From assembly GCA_003971905.1 (NCBI GenBank), contig RSEE01000113.1, forward strand, positions 1-64,000: DNA of 64,000 nucleotides, read 5' to 3'. The number at the start of each line of letters is the position of its first letter. The first letter of the stretch is position 1. The notes under the pieces were generated by a model. The model saw only the letters and a list, made by a program, of their open reading frames with translations. It was not told where the DNA came from and searched no databases. The stretch is from Moniliella sp. 'wahieum'. Lineage: Eukaryota. A program made the position numbers and the translations under genes. Positions 12,301-24,500 of the stretch are shown in pieces.

Positions 12301-15300
12301 GGGTCTGGAGCGTGAGCCGTAACGTGGATTCTGACAAGGCATACGGATCCGACACGGTGCGCGTGTGGCCCAAGCCGAGTGGGTGGGGCCGAGCGGGAGC
12401 AGCAGCAGCAGCAGCACGACGAAGAAGCAGCAGCAGGAGCGGTAGCGGTAGTGGACGAAGCAGCGGTAGGAGAACAAAGGGAGGAAGAAGCAAACACTGC
12501 ATTTTCCATTGTGGTATCCATCGTCGTATCTGCATCCACCACAGCTTCTTCTACCCTTTCGACCGATTCGACCGACTCGTCTGCCCGCCCCTGGTTATGG
12601 TCTCGCCCTCGTTCCCGCTCCCGCTCTTGGTCGGGACGCACGTGGTGGCCAGGGGGGAACGTGTGCAGCGCCACAGGGTGATGGCCGTTCGAAAGTCCAG
12701 GTCCAGAACCAGGTCCAGAACCAGGACCAGGAGGTACGCCACTGACCAAACGCTGTGCGTATCGGGCCAAGGCATCCGCATCCATCTGCATCCCCCCATC
12801 CCCTCCAGCCCCTCCATACCCTCCATACCCTCCATGCCGGCCATAGCGTGCGCAACTGGCACCGTACCTGGGTGCCCCACCGCGTGCGCTGGAGCGAACG
12901 GATCAGACACCGACCCCGCACCCGACCCCGACCCGGAGCCGAACCCAGAGGTTGAACTTGAGCTTGAGCCGGACCCGAAGGTGCGGTGAACGGCACCCAA
13001 AACGGCGGCAAAGCATCGGTAGGGTGCCCCAACGCTTGTCCAATAGCCAATTGCAATTGCTCGTTCCAAGGGGTCCAACGCTTCTTCCTGCTCCTCGTCG
13101 CCCGACTCGATATCGGACAAGGCAGCAAACGAGCTCCAACGAGGCTCAGCCGACGTGGGCACGAAGTTGGCGTTGGCGCTGCGGCTGATGCTGGTGCTGG
13201 CGCTGATGATGCCGATGATGCTGGCCCCGACGTTGATGCCCCCCCTGATGCTGGAGCTGACGGCTGATGCATCGCCCCCGCTGCAGACGCTGCAGAAGCA
13301 AATACCGAACTTGGCTCCTCCGTTCGTACCCCGCTTCCGTCCCTCGGAACCTAGACGACGGGGACGAATGCGGATGCGACTGCGACTGCGAATTCGAATG
13401 CGACTGGGACTGCGACTGCGAGTACGAATCCGAGTGCGACTGCGAGTGGAGTGCGAAGGGGGAGGGAGATCGAACCGTCCTGCGTAGGCGGCTGTCCATC
13501 TTGTCCAGGGAACGTAACCGAACCCGACCCACCCGGCGTCCCATGCGTGCCATGCGTCCCATGGACAGGCGAGACGTGCGGGAAACCAGGAGGACCAGCT
13601 ACTGCGCCGGGGGCAAGAGTGTGTGCCATAGCACCTGCACCTGCACCCGAACCCGTACCGGGCCTGGTCCTGATCCTAACCCTGCCCCGGACCTGGCCCT
13701 GGACCTGTGCTTGCACCCGGGCCTGGACCCGCGCCGGGCCCTGACCCCGGACCTGAAACCGATCCGGCAACGGGGGGCATGTCCGTATCTTGGTCCAAGG
13801 AGGAAGCTGTGGCAGGGCCCGTGGCGGAGGGTGGTGGTGCAGGTGCAGGTGCAGGTGCATTTGGTGGGGCTGGAGGATGGGGCACGGGAGGCTCTCCCTG
13901 TGCTTGAGCTTGGGCATGTTGTTGTGGAGGTGCGTGTGGTTGTGAGTGTGGTTGTGAGTGTGGTTGTGCGGGTGCAGCGCCAACGCCACCGCCGACGTCG
14001 GGATGCACCTCGATGCCCATCATGAGATTTTGAAGGTGCTCCGAAGCGGGTACGGAAGGCACAAAAGGGGATGGGAGGGGGAGGCCTGCTCCTACGCCTG
14101 CTCCTACGCCTGCGCCTATAGGCGGCAGCCCGTGAGAAGACGAAAGAGGAGGTACCTGCCCAGGAATTTGGCCTGGAACCACCTGTCCAGGAGCCTGTCC
14201 CAGCGCACGGGACGCATCGGTGTTAGGGGTGGGACACTGGGACGCTGGGCCAGACTCGGGACCCGGGCCGGACGGCAGTGGGGGTACAGGTACCGGAGCA
14301 GAAGCAGAAGAAGCAGAAGCAGAAGAGAACAGAAGCAGATGGGTCGGTAGAGCGTGAGACGGAAGGAGCGCGGGACTGGGACGCGCTTCGGCCATGGCCT
14401 GTACGCAAAGATTTGAGTGGCGCATGGGATCGTGCGTCCCCTCTTCTTCCCCTGCTCTTTTCTTAGCTACCCCCGGCGAATCGAGTGGCGCATCTGTCAT
14501 GCTCCCCAGGCCCGCTGAGGGATTGGAAGGTGCCGAAGCGGGTGTTGATACTCCGCTCTGGCTTGCACCGCCTCCGGCTCCAGCACCCACAGGACCACCA
14601 GTACCACCAGTACCACCTGGAGCACCAGGAGGAACAGCACCTGCAGGACCGGATGGCAACGCGGCTGAAGAAGCTGGGGCAGAATTTTGGGCCGGGGTAT
14701 CGCGCGCTTTGGCCCCCCACTCGTGGATCTGGCCCAAAGTCTTCTTGATCTCGGCGAGGCAGAGGGAAGAGTGGGCATGTTCCTGGTTGGCAAAGTGGGC
14801 GCGCGCAGACGAGGCGAGCGTGACCAATCTATCCATCAACCGTCCAATTTGCTGCATAATATCTTGATCGTCGTGCGGTGCAACCGTACCACCCGCGCCC
14901 GCACCAGGAGTAGCACCTGCACCAGGAGTAGCACCCACACCAGGAGTAGTACCAGGAGTGGCAGCCGGACCAAGAGGAGCGGTAGGAGCAACGGCCGGCG
15001 CAGGGGCAGGTGCAGGTGCAGAAGAAGACGAAGAAGAATGTGGGGGTAGTGGTAGTGGTGCAGTGGAGGGTGGGAGGACGGGGGGAAGCGTGGTGGGTGG
15101 GATCGGTGCTGCTGCTGCCCGGATGGGACAGGGGGAGCAAGAAGGGATAAGCGGACGGGTCGTGTGCGGCAGCCAGGGGCGGGGGGGGACGAGGGTGAGT
15201 GAGGTCGAGGGCCGAGTGGTCCGGGGGGAAGAGCGGCGCAGTGGCCGGTGGTGGTGGGGCAAAGGCCAGCGGGAGACGCATGTCGAACGCAAAGCCAGTG

Positions 15301-15820
15301 GCGGACGCGGGGTCGTGGGCAGCCGCGTGGGAGGGCGGCGGCTGGGAGGGCCCAGGGGTGCTGACGCCAGCGAGGGGCGAGGCGAGGCGGTCGGGGTGGT
15401 CGGAGGCCGGCAGCGGGCGGGGCAACGGAGGCGCAACCATGGCCGCGACGGCCTGGGCAAAGCCAGGGAACTCGGAAAGGTCGCTGGGCAGGTCGGAGGG
15501 GGTGAAGACGGGCGGCGTGGTGGTGGTGGTGAGCGGGTGCGGCTGCGGGGCGAACGGGTGGGTGTGTGGGGGCGGGTGGGCAGCGGCGAGGGCGGCGTAG
15601 GCGGCGGCCGAGGGCCGCATGTCGGCGGGGAGGCGGGCGGACATGCTGCGTGGTTTGGGCAGGCCGGCCTTGGGGCGGTCGGGGCGGTCCTTGGCGCCGG
15701 CGCTGGGGCGGGGCTGGAGGGGGAGGAGGGGGCGCTGGCGAGCACGTGGGGCGGCGGGGGCGGCGACGTGGGCGTGGAGGCGGCGGTGCCTGTGCCGGTG
15801 CCGGTGGCGAGGGAGCGCAT
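9383..15820 (-). CDS. Very large low-complexity protein with a conserved uncharacterised domain (~11430-12190) followed by an Ig-like-looking segment; possible transcription regulator
   Basis: Start accgccATG at 15820. Intron 12023-12115 (GTACGT..CTGAT..CAG). Core after correcting 3 single-base deletions: LRAELDQVLLVYLNDICSNLDFKDYRGEPVHQLLMAKRMARLDESPDFKPFRFRIQAFTNAFQERV..SLKKVKLYLWSQPLIARFNEDGRKAKSRGNHNWIIDARK..GGWEFREFTRRIAG..IWDP, then LQGTPTSPDDAGPVTVVAQY. Flanked by QA, HS, GP and SA repeats. Ends approximate. Confidence 0.7.
10320..10521 (-). repeat. Coding hexamer microsatellite (CAAGCT/CAAGCC)n encoding a long (QA)n tract
   Basis: Tandem gagctt/gggctt units on + strand; QAQAQA... on - strand. 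Confidence 0.85.
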
Positions 15821-16163
15821 GGCGGTGGCGGTGGGGGCGGTGGCGGTGGCAGCTGCTGTGGCAGTGGCGGGGGCCGAGCCGATGGGAAGGCCGGGCGACG
15901 AGATGCGGCTGGGAAAGCAGTAAACGAAGCTAGCTGGTGGCGGCAGCCGCACAACCCTAGCGCCCCACCAGCACTAGGGTTGGGACGCCCAACTCCGGCG
16001 GTGGCGATGCTGCTTACCTCAGCCCGCGGTGTGGCAATTTCGAAGGTGAAAGGCTGCCTGGATGCTGCCAGGGGAAGCGCTCTCCGAGCAGCACAGCAGC
16101 ACTGCAAGGGGCGCCGCCTGCATGTACTCGTCTTGGGGGTGTATATATAACCCCCCCCCCCCC

Positions 16164-17543
16164 ATGCCCATTCCACCCCCCCCCCCCATCTCCCAATGCT
16201 GCGCACATCCACCAAGCCCACAGCGCCCTCCCCCCCCCCCCACCCCGCTCGCCCCCGGCGGGCACTACTTCCCCCTTCCCGCGGCCGAGGCGGGCGTGCT
16301 GCGCGAGGCTGCCGCGCTCTTTGCCCAGCACGCTTCCCCTCGTTCGCACGACCCCACCTGGTCCGACCTGGGCACCAAGAACGGGGTCCGGCTCAGCAAA
16401 AAGGTCGATCCGGACCAGCCGAACGATGTGCCCTGGGTACGCGGCGTAGCTATCCTCCCTTGCCCACCTAAGGCGGCCGTGTCCGTCTGCACGCACCCTG
16501 CCTTCCGCATGTTGTGGGACGACCGTGTGGCCGACGGATTCAGTACGTTTATTTGTCTCCCCTGTTGGCCTTCTCTTTCGTCTTTCGTCCGTAAGTATAC
16601 CCGTACTGACACCTGACACCTTACATCTGGCACGCGGCTTTCCTTCCCTGGTGCAAAGCCCTCCGCCGGTACGCGTGGGACTGCAACAAATGGTACTCTG
16701 TGACGAAGCAACCTGCGCCGCTGGTGCAAGCGCGTGACTTTGTCGGTGTCCACCACACATTTATCAGTGTCCCCTCCTCTTCATCGGCACCAGGTCCAGG
16801 GTCAGCCTCAATGTCAGGAGGAGCATCTTTGACGGACGGGTCGGGCGGGACGGGAGTACGGTACACGTTACTCCAGCGCAGTTGCGACGGGGAAGATGTG
16901 GTGCCGCTTTCGGTGAGCCAGCAACTGAAACGAACCCGTGGGACACTCGAGTTTACCGCGTGGATCTTTGATCCTGTGCCTGGGCGGCCACACGAGACCG
17001 AGGTGACGTACGTGGTGGATCAAGATGAATGGGGCCTTGCCCTCGCCTAGTGGCTCAACTGGCCACGGAGATCCCCTTGGGCGTGGGAAAAGTGCGCAAT
17101 TTGGTAGCTACCATGGGATACCCCCCGTACTTTGACTTTGATAAGTGCTTGTCCCGCGTCGCCACGCGCGAGGGTGACGTGACTGCTTCTCTTTCTCCCA
17201 CCTCTACTTCTACTTCTACTGGCAAACTACCCCAGACCGACCCGAACGCGTTGTTACCTACGACCGAGCCAGGTGCAGGTGACGGGCACTACGTGCTGGA
17301 CGTGCTGCAGTTCCAACCGCCTGGGCAGTACCTTGCTCGGATCGTGCTACGCACGGCGCCCATGACCATTCCGCTCTGGTACGACTCGAAGGTCATGTAC
17401 CCTTCCCCCCGCGTGTCACGCTCGCGGGCCCAGCTGCTTCCGCCGTACAGGTGGAACTCCTCCCCACGCAAGCTGTGGTCCACTTGGTTGTTCACCCGCA
17501 AGCTAAAGACCAGATGCTGGAGATTGTCTTGGACCGGCACTAG
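16164..17543 (+). CDS. START/SRPBCC (Bet v1-like) lipid-binding domain protein
   Basis: WSDLGTKNGVRLSKK..VPWVRGVAIL..FRMLWDDRV; intron 16543-16658; then WYSVTKQPAPLVQARDFVGV, RTRGTLEFTAWIF..TEVTYVV and LVAQLATEIPLGVGKVR. TATATAA at 16142-16150. Indels at ~17020 and ~17410. Start codon uncertain (16164 or 16196). Confidence 0.75.
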
Positions 17544-18328
17544 GCTCGAGGTACTGGGTACTAGGTACGAGATACGAGGTACGGGGGAAGGGGGACTACG
17601 CCCGCCCGTGTATATCGTGGTTCGTGCCATGCCCCTCACACATCCGATCGCCGAGTGGCGGCTACCCTCTCCTACCGTGGGATCCCAAGACCTGAGACCT
17701 CAGTCTGAAGTCAGGGGCCTGAGGTCAGGAGAGAGGGAGAGGGAGACAAGCGGGAGGACGCGAGGCGTCCAATTCAATTATAAATATGTTCTACACTGTC
17801 TTCACTGGGGCTCGTTAGCTCGTCACTGGCTCGTTAGCTCGTCACTGGCTCGTCACTGGCTCATCACTTGTCACTGTGGTATACCTGTCACGCCAACCCT
17901 GAACCAGGCTTTTCTCGTTCACCGATCATCTTTCCTCGTCCTCCACTTGCCTACTTTCCTCTTTTTCCCACCTTTCTACTCCCCTGTATACATACGCCGT
18001 GGGCTACGGGGCGTTGTCATTGAATACTAAAACTAACAAGAACAAGCCAAAGAACAAGGAGAAGAGGTTCGAATGGGAATGGGTGGGTACGATGATGGAT
18101 TAGGCGTTTAGCCTCCCAGCGGATAGAGCAAGGGGGAGAGCAAGGGGGAGAGCAAAGGAGAGCCGAGAGCCGAGCACAGTACAGTACAGTACAGTACAGC
18201 CACTCAGAGTGGGGGGGCAGGCGAGGGGAGAAGCAAGCCCAAACCGCGCACTCCTCCTCGACCCTCTGATCTCTGATTCCGAAAAGAGAAAAGAAAAGAG
18301 AGAAAAGCTTGGACGGGAGGGGAGTAGA

Positions 18329-19281
18329 TTAAATCTTGGCGCCCTTCAAGTTGGCAGCAAAAAAGGCGGCCAAGCGAGCATAGACATCCTTAAACGCCTC
18401 CTTGTTCGAAGGGTCATCCAAGTTGGCGCGAGCGCCCGCCCAGCCATGGTGGTTGTCCTTGTACAGTTTGGCGTCCGACTGGGCAGCGTGGGGACTAGTG
18501 GCCATCCAAGTTTCCACTTGTTTCACTTGCTCCAACGGCTCGTTCTGCGACGCGTACAGCGCTACAGGTACCGTCGACGCTTCAAAGTCCGCCAAGGTTA
18601 GCATCGCAGGGTGCACACTCGCCACGGCTGATAACGGCGTGCCAGACCCAGCCGCTTGGATCGCTACTTTGCCCCCTGTCATCATGTACCCCAGCGTCGT
18701 CACGTCAGCATCACCGTACCACCCACATTGCACATCGCACATCCACCCACGACACAAGAGAAACAAGGCAGAAAGGGAAGGGACACAAGGAGGGAACGAA
18801 AGGATGGAACGAAAGGATGGAAGAATGGAAGGATGGAAGGATGGAAAAAAAACGTACCCCAGCACAATCCATACACGCCGACCTTAGTAGCGCCTTGTTC
18901 CTTAAGAGTGCGGACCAACTTGAGCAGTTCCTCCGTGCGGGCATCAAACGATCCCACGCCCGAGAAAAACTCATCGCGGACTTTTTGCTTGGCAGGCGTG
19001 TCGAACGGCAGCGCGTCGAGTGGCAAGGGCTTGCCATGGAAAAAGTCCGGCAAGAGTACACGCAAACCCGTCGCTGCCGCAATCAAATCAACACCTTGCT
19101 TCGTCTGTGGATAAAAGCCAAAAATATCGTACACAGCCACGACCACTTCCTTGCTGGTGGCAGGTCCGGCGGCGTACGTGCTCAGCCCATTGATCTCGAT
19201 CAAGCTGCCTTGCGGCTCGTAGGTCGACTGCACGGCAGGCAGCGTGCAGCACGTCGGGTTCCAGGACGCGAGGAGGGACAT
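18329..19281 (-). CDS. Dienelactone hydrolase family alpha/beta hydrolase
   Basis: CCTLPAV, YDIFGF, PDFFHG; nucleophile motif GLCWGGK split by intron 18676-18857; SVHPA; HHGWAGAR; TAA at 18329-18331. Confidence 0.9.
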
Positions 19282-20170
19282 GGCGCGAAGCAGAGAGAGA
19301 AAGGGGAGAGGCGGTGGTGGTGGGAAGAAGAGGTGAAGACAGATCAAGACGAGGCGTTTTTGTAGGACGACAAGGGCACGCCGAACGCCAACCAAACCCA
19401 AGTGAGCACACACCGAGCGAGTTGAGCCAACCACGTCAACCTACGCTCGTCCCTCGGCCGCCCATCGCAATCAGAACCAGCAGCCACCACCCATCGCTCA
19501 AGTGCCGCGGACCTAGCGCGGACATAGCACGCTCGCTTCGCACCGCTCCAGCGGCGCCGCGCGGCCCAGCCCTTCCCGCCTCGCACGGCGCCTGTGTGCA
19601 GGCTATCGATTACGTCAGCGTGGGTCCATGTCAGCACTCAGCCACCTCAGCCTGAGCCCGCCCGCTGTGCGCTATGGCCATCCCATCTGAATATTTAAAT
19701 TTTCCGCCTCGTTCCGCTGGCTGCCTTGCTCCGATGTCCGATGTCCGATGTCTCCGATCTGATTCCTGCGCTGGGGCCACCCACTTGCCTCCACTCCATC
19801 CGCACCCACTACTACTAGGAATAGCTCCAAGTGCGCACCAGCGACGCCCTCCCCGTCCTCCGCCCCCCCACCGACGCCAACGTATCCTGCTTACTCCAAC
19901 GTTGTCGCCGGCCTGCAAGTTGTACGCTGCACGCTGCACGCTGTAAGGTGTAAGGTGTAAGGTGTGCTTCACATTAAGGTGTAAGGAGTAGGAGTAAGGT
20001 GTAAGTTGATGCCAAGACGACGACGACGAGACGACGACCGACACCCCCCGCCCTACTCGACCCCTGCCGTGCAGGTACAACGGGGGAGGGCAGGGCAGGG
20101 CAGGGGGGTGGGAGCGCAGAGGGTCGCGGCTGGCGTCTGAATTGGTCTGTGGTTTGTGGTCTGGCGCCTG

Positions 20171-20520
20171 TGAAGCTTGAAGCTTGAAGCATGAAGCTTG
20201 AAGCTTGCACACGCCAGGTAAGCTTGGCGCTGGTTTGCATTGATATCTGCTTTGGGGGCCTGTGCTGGCACGTAGAATGCTAATGGAATGGGTAATGGCG
20301 AGAGAGAGGTACTAATCACGAATCACGAATCATTAATCACTCGCAGCTTGCAGCGCGAAGCTCGAAGTTTGAAGCTTGAAGCTTGAAGCCAAGCTTGACC
20401 CTAGTCAGGTCCAGCAGGATGCAGGAGGTATGAGAAAGAGAGAGAGAGGGAAGGGACAGAGTCGCGAGAGAGTCCTGTATTACTCAGTACTAGTTACTAG
20501 AGTTACTAGCTAGTTACTGA
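20171..20520. repeat. Cluster of heptamer arrays: (GAAGCTT)n, (AATCACG)n, ACTAGT/AGTACT-based units
   Basis: tgaagcttgaagcttgaagcatgaagcttgaagctt at 20171-20206; aatcacgaatcacgaatc at ~20314-20331; further arrays at 20357-20398 and 20481-20520. Confidence 0.85.
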
Positions 20521-21515
20521 GCATATATATAGTACGGAAACGGGACGGGGGGGGCAACATTTACCCCATCCAACATCAATATCCACTGACTCTCAGATCG
20601 CATCGGCAAAAGAGCGAGCCGTTGTGCCACCCTCAGTACTCGATACTCAGTCGAGAACCGCTGCCTTCCTATTCGTTTTTTTTTCGTTTCTCTTACCCGC
20701 AGGCAGAGCCAGGGCGCAGCCAGAGCGCACGCACGTCGACCCTTTTAAAGGGTCGAACGCCCACCAAAAACGCTCAGCCGCCACCGTCGGCAGCAGCTAG
20801 AGAACAGCGATCAGGGACGAGGAGGGACCAGGGATCAGGGATCAGGGATCAAGGACTACAGATTAACTTTCAGGGACCAGGGATGGGGTGCTTTTCCTCC
20901 CCGTCGCCTGCTGTCGCCGGGACGAAGCGCACGAGAGGAGGAGGAGGCTTGAAGCTTGAAGCTTGAAGTTTGAACCAAGCCCACCGACCTGAGTGGTGCT
21001 GAATATGCATCCCCTACTCACTACTCAGTACGCAGTACGCTCACAGTAGTACTCATTTTGAGTAATACTCACTACTCCGTTGAGTACTGAGTACTCCAAT
21101 ACTTGCTGCACGAGTGGAGGGCCGAGTGGGCAACCGCGCTCGGCCCTGCTCTCACCTGCTCTCACCTGCTCTGCCGTGGTGGTAGTGACCATCACCACGC
21201 TCGGACCCCACTGCGCCCACGCTGTCAGCGCGGGTTGGACGGTGCGCCCTGCAGTGAGCCGTACAACGTAGCTCTGTGCTGGGTGGTTGCGTCCCGCGCG
21301 CCCGTTGCCACCGACCGAGGAGTTTCCACCCCCAATCCATCCATCCATCCATCCATCCATCCATCCATCCATCCATCCATCCACCTTCTCCCCACGCGCG
21401 TCTCGCCACCCACTCACCTCATCTCGACCTCCACCTCGACCTCCACCTCGACCTCCACCTCCTCGCTTCTCCCCCCACCAAATCCAACCCCATCCCCATC
21501 CTCATTGCAGCCAAG

Positions 21516-24500
21516 ATGGCTCCCACCCCTACGCCTACGCCTACGCCTACGCCCTTCACTCGGCCTGACCACCCTGCCCGACCTTCATGGTCCACCCCCT
21601 CCCGCCCGCGTTTGATCCTCCGCGTCATCCTGGTCCCCCTGGTCCTCCGCGTCCCCCTGGTCATCCTGGTCCGCCCGACCCACGTCCCGAGCAGGTGCAC
21701 CGGTACAGCCGCCTGCCTGAGGGGGACGACCCCGTGCCAGGGCCGCGCAGGTACGGCCCTCCTGGGACAGGGTACGGAAGGGAGTATGCCTACGCCGCTA
21801 GCGGTGGTGGTGGCAGTGGCGACGGTCGGTATCCTACCGCGTACCATGGCGGTGGTGCGGGGGTCAGCTCGGAGTCGGAGTACCCTTGGTCTCGTTCTCA
21901 ACCTCGGCCTGGACCCGCGCCAGGGCCCGAAGGGAATCGCAGGACACTTGCTTCCTCTTCGTATGCGCCGCACCTCCACCCCCTTCTGCTCCGTCGCTCC
22001 TGCCTCAGACACGTGCTGGGCCTTCGCGACCGTCGGGACTTCCTCATCCTCATCCTCATCCTCATCCGTACCCTCCCTCGCAGCCCTGGCACCCGCACCC
22101 GCACCCGCACCCACCGTACAACGACGCGTACGCCTACTCGTACCCGCACCAGGGTATGCCACTTGCTCCCACGTGGCACGGTGCGATGGACACGACGCAC
22201 ATGCCCATGCCCATGGGTACGCATTCCGCGTCTGTGCCCTATGCTCCCGCTCCCTTTCGGTCCCCCCTCTCCCCCTGCCTCACCCTCGACCCGTCCCCTC
22301 ACCTACTGCCCCTCCACCGGCCCTTGTACCTGGCCCGGGGGGGGGCAGGAGGAGCAAGGGCAGACCCGCCCCTCCCTGCGGCAGATACTGCCTCGAATAC
22401 CTCGGGACCTAAGGTGCAGCGTGGACGATGGCGACGACAAGCCTCAGCGTGCGACCTGTGTCGGCACAGGAAAGTACGTTGCTCTCGTCCAGAAGGAGAG
22501 GACGTGGTGCAAGCTGTCAATGCGGCTGAATCAGCTGCTGCTGCCGCAACAGCTGCAGCGGACGCGGATCGAGCCCAGCGCGCCGGACGCACATGGGACG
22601 GGGCTCAAGCGTATCAATATGACGAGGAGGAAGATGGAGTGGATGAGGATGAGGATGAGGATGAGGATGAGGATGAGGATGAAGAAGAGGATGGGGTGAG
22701 GGCGGCACCGTTCACGGTCCTAGGCGCCGTCCCACCCTCAGCCGCGTGCAAGTTATGCTCGTCCCGCGGGATGCAATGTACGTTCCGATTTGGACGGCGG
22801 CGCGCACCCGCTTCCGCGTCCTCGTCGGCGTGTCCCTTCGACGAGTGCTGCGAGTGCGAGTGCGAGTGCGAGTGAGAGGGAGAGGACGGGTACAAGTGCT
22901 GGTGCTGGTGCTGTTCCAGCTCCTTCTCCTTCTCCTGCTGCTTCTCGCAGTCTCTCTCCTGCTCCTCCATTTTCGGATCAGCTTCCGGACCCCTCCCCTT
23001 CCCCTGGTGATCCTTCTCCTCCTGCTCGTACCCTTGGTACGCGTCCAGCTAGCCACCGTGATACGTCCCCTGGTTGGGGCACGGTACCCAAGCGCCCAAG
23101 GACGAGAATCACTTCCCCCTCCCTCGCCCTGTCCTCGTCCGAAGAGGTTCCTTCCAACGTTCCGTCCGAGGTTCCGTCCCAGTCACCTTCTCCCTCTGCA
23201 TCGCCATCTAAGTCCCTTCAACCCGGCCCGGTTGACCGTCCCGCCGAGCTCGGCCTTGACCCCGACCCTGACCCTGACCCCGATCCCGATCCCGACCCCG
23301 ATTCTAATCCAGTCCCCACCTGACCGCCACCCCGACCGCCACCTCGAACACCAACCCCAACCCGAACCACGATCGGCATCTACATCGCCAGCCTCCATCC
23401 CCCCCGTCGCACGCGACCATCCTTCGACCCTTTCCGTTCCCCCCATCACCGCTGCTACCCGTGCCAGTGCCAGAAGTGCCATGAGTGACAGTGACAGTGT
23501 CATGGGCGACAGCGCCAGCACCAGTGCCGTCAGTGCGACGACGTCGACGAGCCCGGGCACGCATTCTGAACTGACTTCGACTCCCGCGCTGTCAGAGAGG
23601 GTGAGGGGGTTTGACGTGTTGGTGGATTACCTATTTGACGTGAACGATACACGTGTGTCGTCGTTGGTGCTCTCTCCTTCGACGGTGGGTTCGGATGGGC
23701 GGAGGGGGGAGTATTTAGAGTTGGAGGTGGAGGAAGAAGAGGAGGATGGGATGGATGCAGCGAACGGCTCAATCGCAGGCACGTCGCGGTGTGTTGCGTC
23801 TGCCCCGTGTGGGCCAGACGATTCTCACCACTATCCCTTTACTTGCGCACTTGCCTCGCGTCAGTCCGAGCTTGGCTGCCTCCTGGCCTCAGGGACTGTC
23901 AAATGGGCCCAATCCGCACTGGACAGTTACTTTGTTCATGTCCACCGCACTGGCCCTTATTTTCCCGCGCCCAGATCGACGCGCTCGTTCGCTCCCCCTC
24001 CTCGCCCATTGGCGCACCCACTTTCTTGGCCGTCGTACTGCTCTGGGGCGCACGCTTCTCGGATGCCCCCGTCCTCATCGCCGACAGGAAAGAGTGCGCG
24101 GCCACACTGCGCATGATGCGCCAGCTCCAGCAAGCCACTTATCCGACTGCCCAAGCACATCCACAGGCACAAGCACAAGCACAAGGATCCACACTCGGTC
24201 AGGACCGGAATCAGCAACCCGGTCTCTCTTCCCCTCCCGACCAGAACCTGCTGAATCGGCTCACCCAAACGGGCGCATCCCGCCTCGTACACTGGCTCCA
24301 TGCACGTACCTTGGCCCTCGTCGAGTCGTCCCACGCCATGTCGGTGCCGAGCGTGTACCATGTCGCTGCGCTTCTGCTCCTGCACCTCTACACGGCCCCC
24401 CCATCCCCTCCGCTCGTCTACGACAAGCAGGCCAACCTCACCGTTCCTGACGCCCTGTACCGCCATGCCCACCCTCACGGCCACGACCACGGCCACGGAA

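Noticed and set aside
9235..16221. Many long overlapping ORFs on both strands (e.g. 10017-11462 +, 14958-15923 +)
   Set aside because: Shadow frames of GC-rich, hexamer-repeat coding DNA with no independent protein features.
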